From: Escherichia phage vB_EcoM_VR25
Reading direction: 5' to 3' (one strand)
Length of the DNA stretch: 64,000 nucleotides
Sequence record: NC_028925.1
Below the pieces are notes generated by a model. That model made no database searches. It had not been told where the DNA came from and worked only from the letters and a program-made list of their open reading frames with translations. Positions 9,099 through 17,804 of this stretch are shown here, piece after piece; positions within the stretch are counted from its first letter, which is position 1, and each line of letters opens with the position of its first letter. The position numbers were made by a program, and so were the translations under genes.

Positions 9099-9272
9099 AA
9101 TATTATAGAACGAGCGATGTAACCGTTTAAATTGACGAATCATCTTTTTGGTAGGACGAGTATACAATCCCACACAGGTGGCCATAAACCGGTCAGTAGG
9201 ACTTCCTTTGATAAGAAGTTTCCAGACCTTACCACCATTTAACTTTTCGGTATAGACTAATACAGTTTTCAT
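9096..9272 (-). CDS. Hypothetical small protein, 58 aa
   Basis: Minus-strand ATG at 9272 overlapping the upstream stop (TAATG); MKTVLVYTEKLNGGKVWKLLIKG...; below the track cut-off. Confidence 0.35.
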   Translation of the reverse strand: MKTVLVYTEKLNGGKVWKLLIKGSPTDRFMATCVGLYTRPTKKMIRQFKRLHRSFYNI

Positions 9273-9544
9273 TAAACAATCCTAAAACAAGGATAATGAC
9301 ATTCAACGTTACCATTATCAATTATCATATACTCTGTGATACAAGTCCATGACCCTTCAATTTCTATGGTATCAAAAAGGTATTCATCTGTTTCAACAAC
9401 GTCCCAAACATTACATTTAACATCAGGGTCAAAACGTTGTCTTAACGCCTGGATAACATCGCCATTTTTAAATCCTGCGTCTTGAAGCTCTTTCATAAAA
9501 CCTGATTGAGCAGCAGCATGAATATTAACAATTTCTAAAAACAT
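9272..9544 (-). CDS. Hypothetical protein, 90 aa
   Basis: Track ORF; Cys/His-containing acidic protein. Confidence 0.45.
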   Translation of the reverse strand: MFLEIVNIHAAAQSGFMKELQDAGFKNGDVIQALRQRFDPDVKCNVWDVVETDEYLFDTIEIEGSWTCITEYMIIDNGNVECHYPCFRIV

Positions 9545-9717
9545 TAAAAGACCTCATCAGAAAAGCGAAGTTGAGCTTCAAGCCAATGAATATAATCTGC
9601 TGCGGCAAAAATTAAAGCAGATTCTTCATCGGGTAACTTACGAGAATCCGACAATTCGTAAAGTGAATGTTCAATTAAACGACCTTTATGTCGACCTACT
9701 TCAATTTTGGTACTCAT
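9544..9717 (-). CDS. Hypothetical small protein, 57 aa
   Basis: Minus-strand ATG at 9717; MSTKIEVGRHKGRLIEHSLYELSDSRK...; stop overlaps the next start (TAATG); below the track cut-off. Confidence 0.3.
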   Translation of the reverse strand: MSTKIEVGRHKGRLIEHSLYELSDSRKLPDEESALIFAAADYIHWLEAQLRFSDEVF

Positions 9718-9834
9718 ATCCAAACTCCATATCGATTAATTCATTGTTTGAAGGTTCATTATACTCTGTTTCGGAACCATTATAAACAGGTTCCTCTGGC
9801 TCGACAGTTTCCCATCGAGCGGTATACCATGGTT

Positions 9835-10155
9835 TTATAACGTAATCCATTCTCTGATAGTTTGGGTTACGACACGTTCTTGGAGCTCAACCAGTTCAAC
9901 AGTCGGGACCATATGGTCCCAGTCAGTATGATAAGAGCCGGTACGAGTTTCGTTTACAGCCACATGCACATTATGTTTTTTGCTGAAATAAATTGCCTGG
10001 CGATATTGGTATTTGCCATTTTGTGTCCATTCGCCTAATTCAACCGGAACCAAGTAGTCCGAAAATTCAAACTCGTATGATTCGGTAAATGCATCATGGT
10101 CTTCAATGATTTCGCTTAAAACAGCATCAACATCTAATTCATTTTCAATAGTCAT
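9835..10155 (-). CDS. Hypothetical acidic protein, 106 aa
   Basis: Track ORF. Confidence 0.45.
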   Translation of the reverse strand: MTIENELDVDAVLSEIIEDHDAFTESYEFEFSDYLVPVELGEWTQNGKYQYRQAIYFSKKHNVHVAVNETRTGSYHTDWDHMVPTVELVELQERVVTQTIREWITL

Positions 10156-10460
10156 TGGTCACTCCAATAGCTTGATACTTCAAAATCAGGCTCGCCGTCG
10201 TCCCAATACCAAGGACCAACCGGATGCCAATCGCCATGCTTATCTTCTTCGTATTCTTCAGATTCAAGTCCAACGTATTGCCATTGGACTTCATAAGCAG
10301 TGCCACCAATTACGACAGTGTTTTCACCATACGGATTAGCCACAGCAAAGTCAATGCCTTCTTCTTTCGCCAGGGCTACCATGTATTCATAGAGTTTATA
10401 TTCCAGGTCGTCTTCGTTACCATCACCCAGATAAATTGTTTGTCCGCTTAATTCACTCAT
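10152..10460 (-). CDS. Hypothetical highly acidic protein, 102 aa
   Basis: Track ORF; many Asp/Glu/Tyr/Trp residues. Confidence 0.45.
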   Translation of the reverse strand: MSELSGQTIYLGDGNEDDLEYKLYEYMVALAKEEGIDFAVANPYGENTVVIGGTAYEVQWQYVGLESEEYEEDKHGDWHPVGPWYWDDGEPDFEVSSYWSDQ

Positions 10461-10482
10461 AATTCCACCATAAATTCGTCAA

Positions 10483-10650
10483 TCATTTAAAGTTCCAGAA
10501 TGAAGCACCAACCAGAAATAAAGGCCAACAAATCATTGACGTCAGCCACCAACAAAAATCACCTGCGCCGAAATCATCCAATTTAGCTAGGGTCTTAGCA
10601 TACCCAATACCAATGATAATATACAAAACACCCAACATTAATTCAATCAT
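10483..10650 (-). CDS. Small membrane protein, 55 aa
   Basis: ATG at 10650 overlapping the nrdC stop (ATGA); two hydrophobic segments MIELMLGVLYIIIGIGYA...WLTSMICWPLFLVGASFW. Confidence 0.35.
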   Translation of the reverse strand: MIELMLGVLYIIIGIGYAKTLAKLDDFGAGDFCWWLTSMICWPLFLVGASFWNFK

Positions 10651-10910
10651 TTGAAATATTCTCGCAGTTCAGTGAATCCGCCAATATGACTTCCGTCAGG
10701 AGCAAACACTTGTGGCATAGTCAAACCAATTTGAGATTCGCGACCAAGTGCAGCCAGGAGTTGAGCAATCTTCTCATCATCAAACACACCTTTTTCTGGC
10801 ATGACGTTGATGAATTCGTAAGGTTGTTTTTTAACATCCAAAAAACGTTTTGCATTATCGCAGAATACACAGCGATGGATAGATGAATCATAACCATATA
10901 CTTTAAACAT
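10647..10910 (-). CDS. nrdC: Thioredoxin/glutaredoxin NrdC
   Basis: 87 aa, ATG start; MFKVYGYDSSIHRCVFCDNAKR... with CxxC; near-identical to T4 NrdC. Confidence 0.92.
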   Translation of the reverse strand: MFKVYGYDSSIHRCVFCDNAKRFLDVKKQPYEFINVMPEKGVFDDEKIAQLLAALGRESQIGLTMPQVFAPDGSHIGGFTELREYFK

Positions 10911-10911
10911 A

Positions 10912-11169
10912 TTATTCCTTAATTCCTAATACTTGTTTGAAGGTCTCAGTATAATCGGAGTATTGACCGGTTTGTTCTTTATGTTTGTCCATAATATCAT
11001 AAACTTCTGAACGCATATTATTATACGAACGGGTTAAAGCGGATTTCAATACTGAATAACTATCCGGAAATTTACCGTGTTCTTTATAATAGGCCAGAGT
11101 TAATTCACGGACCGCCTTATCAGCAGTCTCAAGATATTCTTTACGCTTTGCCATTTTCTTCTCGCTCAA
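10912..11169 (-). CDS. Hypothetical protein, 85 aa
   Basis: Track ORF (nrdC.x-type region). Confidence 0.45.
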   Translation of the reverse strand: MSEKKMAKRKEYLETADKAVRELTLAYYKEHGKFPDSYSVLKSALTRSYNNMRSEVYDIMDKHKEQTGQYSDYTETFKQVLGIKE

Positions 11170-11443
11170 ATCGGTGTTTACAATGTCTGCATTTATATTG
11201 AAGCGGAGAGCTACGCCAATAAGTCAATTGGACCTGTTCAGTTCCACATTCAGGGCAGTTCGGAACGTTTTTAGAAGCTTGTTCACGTCGTTCGACAATT
11301 TTAATAATTTGGTTCCAATCAGGAATATCTTGACTATAATCATCACAACCGTGAATCTTACCAATCAATTCGGCTCCTTTAATAAAGTTCAATAAACCTG
11401 TATTAGATGCTGAAGCAATGTCTTCTCTTAAACGTTGTTTCAT
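11141..11443 (-). CDS. Hypothetical zinc-ribbon protein, 100 aa
   Basis: Track ORF; CPECG...CRHCKH four-Cys motif. Confidence 0.45.
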   Translation of the reverse strand: MKQRLREDIASASNTGLLNFIKGAELIGKIHGCDDYSQDIPDWNQIIKIVERREQASKNVPNCPECGTEQVQLTYWRSSPLQYKCRHCKHRFEREENGKA

Positions 11444-12432
11444 TTCAGCAGCTCCAGAGCCTGTTCCAGTTTATCCAGACGATTGGTTGATTCTTCCCAA
11501 AGTCGCTTGGCTTTTGTATAATCTTCAGTTGCCTTTTTATTAACAGCAAGAGCTTCATTATACGCTGTTTCCAGGGCAACAATTTCAGGCGCTTTTTGTT
11601 TCACTGGTTCATTATTCAGATTATCAATCAGGTCTTCAAGGGTAGTAACTTCTTGCGGTGCATTCATAATTTCCTCACTTTTCTTTTTATAGATTTCTGC
11701 ATCAGTTGGTTGCTTTGCGCATTTAACTTCGCGTAATGTCACCACAATTTTCCAACCTTTCCAACCATGAGAACTGGTGATAGGGTCAACTTTAATTTTT
11801 TCAACAGTGTGCATATAATTAAGTGCACACTGCAGCTGATGAGTGAGCGTGCATGCAACATCAAGATACTTTTTGATATTTTCAGGTGTAGCCTCTGGAG
11901 TATAGAACTCATGCTTAACTGTAATAATTACCTGATTTTCACCAGAATCTTTAACCTTTACCATGTTCTCAGCCAGATGGTAGATAGTGCGAAAATCACC
12001 GCCCATCAATTTTGTTGCTGATTTTATGATAGACATTTTGTTATTTCTGAATTCACGCGCCCAACTGTTTGCAAATTCAGAAACAGTATAGCCTTGTTTA
12101 TCAAGATAGTATTTTTCAACATCACCAAACCAATGATACCCAATTGTACCTTTACCACGTCTGGATTCAACACCAAACTTATTAAGAAGGTCTTTATTAA
12201 CCAGGTATGCCAGGACTCGGGAACCTTTAAAAGTTTTCTTGATATCAGCATTACCAGCACGACTCGCAATAGTCGCGATGTCTTTCTTAAAACGACCGGA
12301 TGCAACAATCGATGCGTCAATCTGATTTAACCAGAAATTGATAATCGAAAGGATAGCCGATTCACCTATTAATGGTTTTACTTTTGCATCGATAGTGGTG
12401 TTAAAGGCCTGGATATATTCGTTACGTGTCAT
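11440..12432 (-). CDS. Hypothetical protein, 330 aa, C-terminal coiled coil
   Basis: Track ORF, ATG start preceded by GAGGAG and a canonical early promoter; C-terminus ...[14 protein letters not shown]. Confidence 0.6.
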   Translation of the reverse strand: MTRNEYIQAFNTTIDAKVKPLIGESAILSIINFWLNQIDASIVASGRFKKDIATIASRAGNADIKKTFKGSRVLAYLVNKDLLNKFGVESRRGKGTIGYHWFGDVEKYYLDKQGYTVSEFANSWAREFRNNKMSIIKSATKLMGGDFRTIYHLAENMVKVKDSGENQVIITVKHEFYTPEATPENIKKYLDVACTLTHQLQCALNYMHTVEKIKVDPITSSHGWKGWKIVVTLREVKCAKQPTDAEIYKKKSEEIMNAPQEVTTLEDLIDNLNNEPVKQKAPEIVALETAYNEALAVNKKATEDYTKAKRLWEESTNRLDKLEQALELLK

Positions 12433-12459
12433 AGTGTTCTCCTCATAAAGTAGGAATTC

Positions 12460-12489
12460 ATTATACTCCCTCCATCCTTGGAAGTAAAC
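12460..12489 (-). promoter_or_regulatory. Early promoter (sigma70-type, T4 early consensus)
   Basis: Minus strand GTTTAC-18 nt-TATAAT, then leader and GAGGAG SD 6 nt before the ATG at 12432. Confidence 0.6.
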
Positions 12490-12490
12490 A

Positions 12491-13408
12491 TTATTTTAAT
12501 GCTTTGATTGCAGCTTGCAATTTATTGCGTTGCGTTTCCATGTTCTTGATGCGATTCAGGACATCCTGGATACCCTTCTTCTCATCTTCAATCAGACCAT
12601 TTAAGCGGTTGACTGATTCCTTGATAGCATCCGCATGATAGCTCTCAATAGGCTTCATTGTTGGGTTAAAGATTTCAAGAGAGCTGGATGGCTGGACATT
12701 CCATTTGTACATATTTTTAACGTCCAGTGGTGAAATTTTGGTCTGGTCATAAGATTTAAATTGACCTGCAAATGCTGGGCCATATGCCGCAGTAGGGGTA
12801 CGTTCCATTTCTGGTTCCTTTTTCTCTTGATAAGGGGCATAAGACAAAAGATATTCTTTAGTCAATTTAATATCAATTGCTATAGTTTTAAGGAATTTTT
12901 CCGTTTGGTGGATATAATTTGTATCTTCATCAAACGTGTACGATTCAACAGCATGGCGCATATAAAACAGCGCAATACCCATAACCTCTTTAAAGTTATG
13001 ACAAAGAGCAACATCGCCCTTGGTGGTTGGTTTGAACTTAATCTGTACACCATCATTCTTGATATTGATAATCAAGTTATTGGAGTTAAAATTATAGTTC
13101 TTGATGTTAACCGGAGCTTTGCGAATACGAAATCCGCCGGCCAGAATTTCCTTGATACTCTTACGAACCGTGGCACCAAACAAAAACGCTGGGCGGCGGC
13201 AGTAATCATTCAGAGAGTTAATTCTTACAATACGTTGACCATACCCCTGGGTAGCAGAACCTGATTTGATTTTGCCAAAGTTAACCAAAGAATTCATTGC
13301 GATAAGACGAGTCACACGACCGTCATGTGGTTCATAACTACTAGCATATTCAGCGCGAGTTTTAATTTTCATATCATAGTCCAAATAATTTTTCATAAAA
13401 TTTAGCAA
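12491..13408 (-). CDS. Hypothetical protein, 305 aa, C-terminal coiled coil
   Basis: Track ORF; C-terminus ...NMETQRNKLQAAIKALK. Confidence 0.55.
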   Translation of the reverse strand: MLNFMKNYLDYDMKIKTRAEYASSYEPHDGRVTRLIAMNSLVNFGKIKSGSATQGYGQRIVRINSLNDYCRRPAFLFGATVRKSIKEILAGGFRIRKAPVNIKNYNFNSNNLIINIKNDGVQIKFKPTTKGDVALCHNFKEVMGIALFYMRHAVESYTFDEDTNYIHQTEKFLKTIAIDIKLTKEYLLSYAPYQEKKEPEMERTPTAAYGPAFAGQFKSYDQTKISPLDVKNMYKWNVQPSSSLEIFNPTMKPIESYHADAIKESVNRLNGLIEDEKKGIQDVLNRIKNMETQRNKLQAAIKALK

Positions 13409-13589
13409 TAGGCCAAAACACCATCATAATTGCCCAAACAAACCAAAGCAGAGGCCATACTAGTGTAATGAATACTGCATCATAACTTGACTCAATTTCG
13501 ACTGGATTCCAATCACCAGATTTATGAATGATAATGGTCGTCATGAATCCTAGCATAAAGTAAAGGAGAATAAAACCTACAATTTCCAT
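13374..13589 (-). CDS. Small membrane protein, 71 aa
   Basis: Track ORF; two hydrophobic helices (MEIVGFILLYFMLGFMTTIII...LVWPLLWFVWAIMMVFWPI). Confidence 0.45.
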   Translation of the reverse strand: MEIVGFILLYFMLGFMTTIIIHKSGDWNPVEIESSYDAVFITLVWPLLWFVWAIMMVFWPIAKFYEKLFGL

Positions 13590-13657
13590 ATTAACCTACA
13601 ATATTTGAGAATATCAGCCACAGAATACATAACCAAGAACGGCGAGCCATTCCATAA

Positions 13658-14506
13658 TTAATCCTTAAGCAATTTAATAACGTTCATCAGTTTATGACGT
13701 TCAGCTTTTGCTGCATTGTTCAGTCCTGACAGACGGAAAATTTCATCATCTTGTTGCTGGATGGTGATGTTAAGTTCTTCAATCTGTTTAGTGAAAAGCT
13801 CAATTTGCTCTGAATATTTTTCATTGCTTCGCACTGGAACAGGTTCCATTTTAGGAGCTTGCTCTGAAGGACTCTCAACTACAACTCGGTCTTTAATTTG
13901 ACATAGTTTAATACGCTGGACGCCTCCAGTTTTAACATCATAGAAGGTAAGAACCCCATGATGTTCGAGTTCAGACAAAGCCAAACGGAGATGGAATTTC
14001 CAGTTTTCGTATTGACATCCGCTAAAAGAAGAAATACTGTATTCGCCTTCATTTTGACCTTTAATAACATTAAATAGTTTGTAATCTAAAGAATTATTGG
14101 TTTTAAAGGTCATTTGTTTATCTTGACCGCTTGCTAAACGAGCACCTAATGCCAATAAACGGCGTTGGTTAGTATGAAGGTCTTTGACCACTTCATCAAA
14201 TGTCATGGTGCTAATCGCACGACCATAAAGGTCATAACCTTTATTATAATTTTTAAGTAAAATTTTGGCATTAGCACGAGACAACATACCCGAACGTTGA
14301 AGAGATTTCATGACTCGGTCTTCTAATGTAAGCAAGCCCGTTGTTTTATTAAAGATTTTAGTGAATTCAGCAGAATTAGTACAAACATTGAACTTATTCC
14401 ACATCATATATAAAACATTTAAAACCACATCTTTAGTGCTCGGAATACTGTTAAATTTAACAACTTTTTTAACTTCAGAACGAATTTCATTAATTGCTTG
14501 TGACAT
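13658..14506 (-). CDS. Hypothetical protein, 282 aa, C-terminal coiled coil
   Basis: Track ORF; C-terminus ...AERHKLMNVIKLLKD. Confidence 0.55.
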   Translation of the reverse strand: MSQAINEIRSEVKKVVKFNSIPSTKDVVLNVLYMMWNKFNVCTNSAEFTKIFNKTTGLLTLEDRVMKSLQRSGMLSRANAKILLKNYNKGYDLYGRAISTMTFDEVVKDLHTNQRRLLALGARLASGQDKQMTFKTNNSLDYKLFNVIKGQNEGEYSISSFSGCQYENWKFHLRLALSELEHHGVLTFYDVKTGGVQRIKLCQIKDRVVVESPSEQAPKMEPVPVRSNEKYSEQIELFTKQIEELNITIQQQDDEIFRLSGLNNAAKAERHKLMNVIKLLKD

Positions 14507-14543
14507 ATTATTTTCCTCAATAGATTAATCAAAGGTCAGAACC

Positions 14544-14567
14544 ATTATACCATCCTTGGTATAAAGC
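14544..14567 (-). promoter_or_regulatory. Putative middle promoter (MotA-box-like GCTTTA plus -10 TATAAT)
   Basis: Minus strand AAACGCTTTA-12 nt-TATAAT upstream of the ORF starting at 14506. Confidence 0.4.
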
Positions 14568-14569
14568 GT

Positions 14570-15094
14570 TTATGCGAGAACCGTCTTTAAACGCTTTTCA
14601 AACTTCTGAAGGAGTACCTGGCGCTCTGCTCTTTGTTTGGTATAGGTTTCAATACGCTCTGAAGTGAGATTGTATTGTTCATTAACTGATTCCCGCATGA
14701 ATTCAGGAATCTCTTTACATGCTTTGATTTCATTGAACTTATCAAGCACTGCTTGTTGTTCAGCAATCAGACCATCATAATATTGGATATCTGATTTGAT
14801 GTTCTGTACATCAGATTCAGTAGGCATATTTTTCTTTGCTCTTGCCGCCTGGTACTCAGCATTAGTCTCTCTTGACCAGAACAAAGAGCGGTTTTTGTTA
14901 GTGTTTTTATACACATCAATAATACCAACTGAATCAACATTCACAATCCAGTTCCAGGCGTTTTTATAAGTTTGACCACCTGATACTGTAATCTCACCTG
15001 CACAAGCAACATCATTAAAGAACTTGCTTTGTGCTTCTGATTTAAAATTACCATTATTGTAATTAATCAGATTAAAGATTGATTTGGCTTCCAT
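14570..15094 (-). CDS. Hypothetical protein, 174 aa
   Basis: Track ORF, ATG start. Confidence 0.5.
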   Translation of the reverse strand: MEAKSIFNLINYNNGNFKSEAQSKFFNDVACAGEITVSGGQTYKNAWNWIVNVDSVGIIDVYKNTNKNRSLFWSRETNAEYQAARAKKNMPTESDVQNIKSDIQYYDGLIAEQQAVLDKFNEIKACKEIPEFMRESVNEQYNLTSERIETYTKQRAERQVLLQKFEKRLKTVLA

Positions 15095-15132
15095 TTTATT
15101 CTCCCGTTTGTTTGGTAACTCAGTATGGGAAC

Positions 15133-15162
15133 ATTATACGTCTATCCCATACTGATGTACAC
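15133..15162 (-). promoter_or_regulatory. Early promoter cassette with conserved leader
   Basis: Minus strand GTGTAC-18 nt-TATAAT then leader GTTCCCATACTGAGTTACCAAACAAACGGGAGAATAAA before the ATG at 15094. Confidence 0.5.
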
Positions 15163-15164
15163 AT

Positions 15165-15467
15165 TTAATTAAAAGTTCTTTCAGTATTTTCACCACTGAA
15201 CCAGGCGCTCTTAACGGCTTGTTGCGCGCGATGAATCTGTTCAGCCATATAAACACCAAGGGCCTCTGCTTTTCTTGTCCTGTGGGCTTCTGCGGCGACC
15301 ATTTGCAGCTTATCCATCATGATAAGAGCTTTACATTTCTCCTTCAGAGCATAACGTTTCTTCTCTTCTGGAGTTTTGACCATTCCTCTTAACTTGTGCA
15401 TTTTCAACTTAAAATGGTCAGCAGATTTAAGACATGCATCAATCATGTCAATTTCATACTTTTTCAT
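15165..15467 (-). CDS. Hypothetical protein, 100 aa
   Basis: Track ORF. Confidence 0.45.
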   Translation of the reverse strand: MKKYEIDMIDACLKSADHFKLKMHKLRGMVKTPEEKKRYALKEKCKALIMMDKLQMVAAEAHRTRKAEALGVYMAEQIHRAQQAVKSAWFSGENTERTFN

Positions 15468-15473
15468 AATTCC

Positions 15474-15680
15474 TCACTTGCGACGACGTTTTGGTAATGG
15501 TTTAGGGAAGAACATTGCTTTACCTGCAGGGGTCAAAGTCACACGCAAAGCATTACCAATACCAAGGGATGCTTTAACCAGACCTTTGGCTTTTAACTCG
15601 CCAAATGCTTGACGTTGTTCAGGGTCGCGAGTGTTAACCATCAGACCTTTTTCACCAGCAGCTTTGATTAATTCTAACAT
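15474..15680 (-). CDS. Hypothetical basic protein, 68 aa
   Basis: Track ORF, ATG start; C-terminal KPLPKRRRK tail. Confidence 0.45.
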   Translation of the reverse strand: MLELIKAAGEKGLMVNTRDPEQRQAFGELKAKGLVKASLGIGNALRVTLTPAGKAMFFPKPLPKRRRK

Positions 15681-15720
15681 TTTATTCTCCAGTTTTTATT
15701 TGGTAACTCAGTATGGAATC

Positions 15721-15750
15721 ATTATGTCTCATGACCATCTGGTTGTACAC
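15721..15750 (-). promoter_or_regulatory. Early promoter cassette with conserved leader
   Basis: Minus strand GTGTAC-18 nt-CATAAT then leader GATTCCATACTGAGTTACCAAATAAAAACTGGAGAATAAA. Confidence 0.5.
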
Positions 15751-15769
15751 TACTTTTTAAAATAAAAAA

Positions 15770-15791
15770 GGACCCCGAAGGGTCCTTTGTA
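15770..15791 (-). terminator. Rho-independent terminator
   Basis: GGACCC-TTCG-GGGTCC hairpin followed by U6-rich run on the minus-strand transcript, directly after the stop of ORF 15792..16076. Confidence 0.7.
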
Positions 15792-16076
15792 TTATTTCTT
15801 ACAACCAACATATTTTGGCATATGACAGAAAACAGAATCGGTAACTACTCGACCCTTTGCCCATGCTTCCTGTGCTTTACCGTGAGTAGTATTCACATAG
15901 CTGGATTTAATATTCTCGATACCTTGAGAATGTGATGCGTGTGCAGAACCATTAGAAGGACCTGCTGACTGACTTGAACCTTGACCGCCTGGGCCTGATG
16001 TGCCTTCAGTAGCCAGTACACCAAAAGACATAACAGCGGCCAACAGGCCTATAGCCACTTTTAATTTTAATTTCAT
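15792..16076 (-). CDS. Secreted Gly/Ser-rich protein with signal peptide, 94 aa
   Basis: N-terminal MKLKLKVAIGLLAAVMSFGVLA signal-peptide-like segment; mature part Gly/Ser/His-rich with two C-terminal Cys. Confidence 0.5.
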   Translation of the reverse strand: MKLKLKVAIGLLAAVMSFGVLATEGTSGPGGQGSSQSAGPSNGSAHASHSQGIENIKSSYVNTTHGKAQEAWAKGRVVTDSVFCHMPKYVGCKK

Positions 16077-16139
16077 ATTTTCACCTTTTATTAACTCAAC
16101 ATTGAGTATGTTTACTATACTACAAAATCATTGAAGCAC

Positions 16140-16328
16140 TTAAATTGCACTCCAAAAATTATGGAATCTGATATCATCGATAGCCCAGTTAGCAAACTCG
16201 CGGGTTTGCTTGGGAGTTGGTTTACATATGTACTTATTGTTGATTCGTCTGCCAGTTTCCCGACAGACTGCTTCGAGATACCACCGCCGACCTTTATTGG
16301 GTCTTCCATATGATAAGAAGACCTTCAT
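16140..16328 (-). CDS. Hypothetical small basic protein, about 62 aa
   Basis: Internal ATG of track ORF 16140..16382, 5 nt after the upstream stop; MKVFLSYGRPNKGRRWYLEAVCRETGRR... Confidence 0.35.
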   Translation of the reverse strand: MKVFLSYGRPNKGRRWYLEAVCRETGRRINNKYICKPTPKQTREFANWAIDDIRFHNFWSAI

Positions 16329-16335
16329 TTCTTCA

Positions 16336-17346
16336 TTAACGATAATAGGAATTGTGGTTGTCAAGATATACCTCTTCAACAAACTTGTCCCAGAACTTCA
16401 TGTCTACCTTATCGGGCATACCGTTCTTCGCAGCCCAGACGGCATTGGTTTCGACTTCATCGACGATTGCTTCAAGTTCAGCTTGTACATCTTTAAAAGC
16501 GTGTAGGCCTTGTTTGATTTCAAGGATAAATGGAGCCGTACGTAAAGGATATTGGAGATCGCCTGCTTGATAGATTTCCTTTAACTGGTATCCAGCACGA
16601 TAAGCATGGCTCAGAGCTTTCCAGTCAATACCTTCGTTAGCTTCGGCCTTACGGGCGCGTTCGCCATATTCAGCATCAAGTTTATTCAGAGATTGCTTAA
16701 GCTCGATTAATGACAAAGTAGTTTGGTATTTGCGACCGAGAACAGTATAAAACGTTTGAGGTCCAGTTTTCTCATGGTTATGGAATACCCATTCGCAGAA
16801 TTCGTTCTCTGGGAGACGATGCTTAATATCTTCAACTTTAGTGCGACGTTGTTTAGTCGAACCATCTTCTTGGTAGTCAACCCACTGTTCAGGAATCTGG
16901 TTAACAATTGCCAGTACACCACGTAAAGCCGCCAGTCTAGAACCTTTAACACCATATTTTGAAGCTTGCTTACGGACGTACCCCAAATATGCTTTCATGT
17001 TGGTCGTATAGAACCGTGAACGGTTGTCTTGGATAAATTTCCATACATCTGGTAAATCGGATTTGACTACCAGGTTAGCCGGAGTGTGAATCATGTCCAG
17101 AGCAACAGTTTCGCCTTCAGCCGCCAGTTTAAAGAAATATTTCAGGCTATAAAGCTCGTGGTCAACATCGTCTTTTGTGTTTTTGGTAGCCGTGTTATTC
17201 GTGTTCAAGTTGGTATGGTTCATAGCCGTACCTAACAGAATGTCACGTGGGTGTGGAACAAAGATTTCCTTAAAATCGACATCAGATTCTGGAGTACTTG
17301 TTCCGTAAAGATGGCTACCGAAGTAGCCTTTCATAACTGTTCTCAT
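16336..17346 (-). CDS. Pol-beta-superfamily nucleotidyltransferase-domain protein, 336 aa
   Basis: ATG start; N-terminal FGSHLYGTSTPESDVDF fits the NTase-fold G[GS]-x(9-13)-D-x-[DE] signature; rest unrecognised; start overlaps upstream membrane ORF. Confidence 0.55.
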   Translation of the reverse strand: MRTVMKGYFGSHLYGTSTPESDVDFKEIFVPHPRDILLGTAMNHTNLNTNNTATKNTKDDVDHELYSLKYFFKLAAEGETVALDMIHTPANLVVKSDLPDVWKFIQDNRSRFYTTNMKAYLGYVRKQASKYGVKGSRLAALRGVLAIVNQIPEQWVDYQEDGSTKQRRTKVEDIKHRLPENEFCEWVFHNHEKTGPQTFYTVLGRKYQTTLSLIELKQSLNKLDAEYGERARKAEANEGIDWKALSHAYRAGYQLKEIYQAGDLQYPLRTAPFILEIKQGLHAFKDVQAELEAIVDEVETNAVWAAKNGMPDKVDMKFWDKFVEEVYLDNHNSYYR

Positions 17347-17795
17347 TTCTTCGCCTCAAAATGGATTACTGGACATACCTTAGATTTACGAGCTTTAATG
17401 TATTGGACGACAAGGTTTTCTTTAATTTCCTTTCCTTCGCGTTTGGCTTTAATACGTTCCCATTCTTTTTCTTCTTTACGTAAATCATACCAGGCCCAGA
17501 AACTCATTGTACAATACACAACGCCAATGGCTACCGCCAGAATAAGAGCCAGTGTAGCCAGTCCTAAAATAAACCCTAACCCTAAACCAACAGGAGTACT
17601 TAATACAAAGAACTGTTCCAATACACCAGCCCCTGCAACAGTTAAGGCAAAGATTGTACTGCCTGCAAGCACAGAACAAATAAAGCAGACCCATACAATT
17701 TTCCAGAAGTAAGCACACAAAGAGTGTGGTCGAGAATAATGGCCATAAAAACGGTCGTGTAATTTAGTGTGCCAGGCATTTTCATTAATAATCAT
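17343..17795 (-). CDS. Polytopic membrane protein, 150 aa
   Basis: ATG start; about three hydrophobic helices followed by a basic C-terminal tail. Confidence 0.5.
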   Translation of the reverse strand: MIINENAWHTKLHDRFYGHYSRPHSLCAYFWKIVWVCFICSVLAGSTIFALTVAGAGVLEQFFVLSTPVGLGLGFILGLATLALILAVAIGVVYCTMSFWAWYDLRKEEKEWERIKAKREGKEIKENLVVQYIKARKSKVCPVIHFEAKK

Positions 17796-17804
17796 TGTAA
17801 TTCC

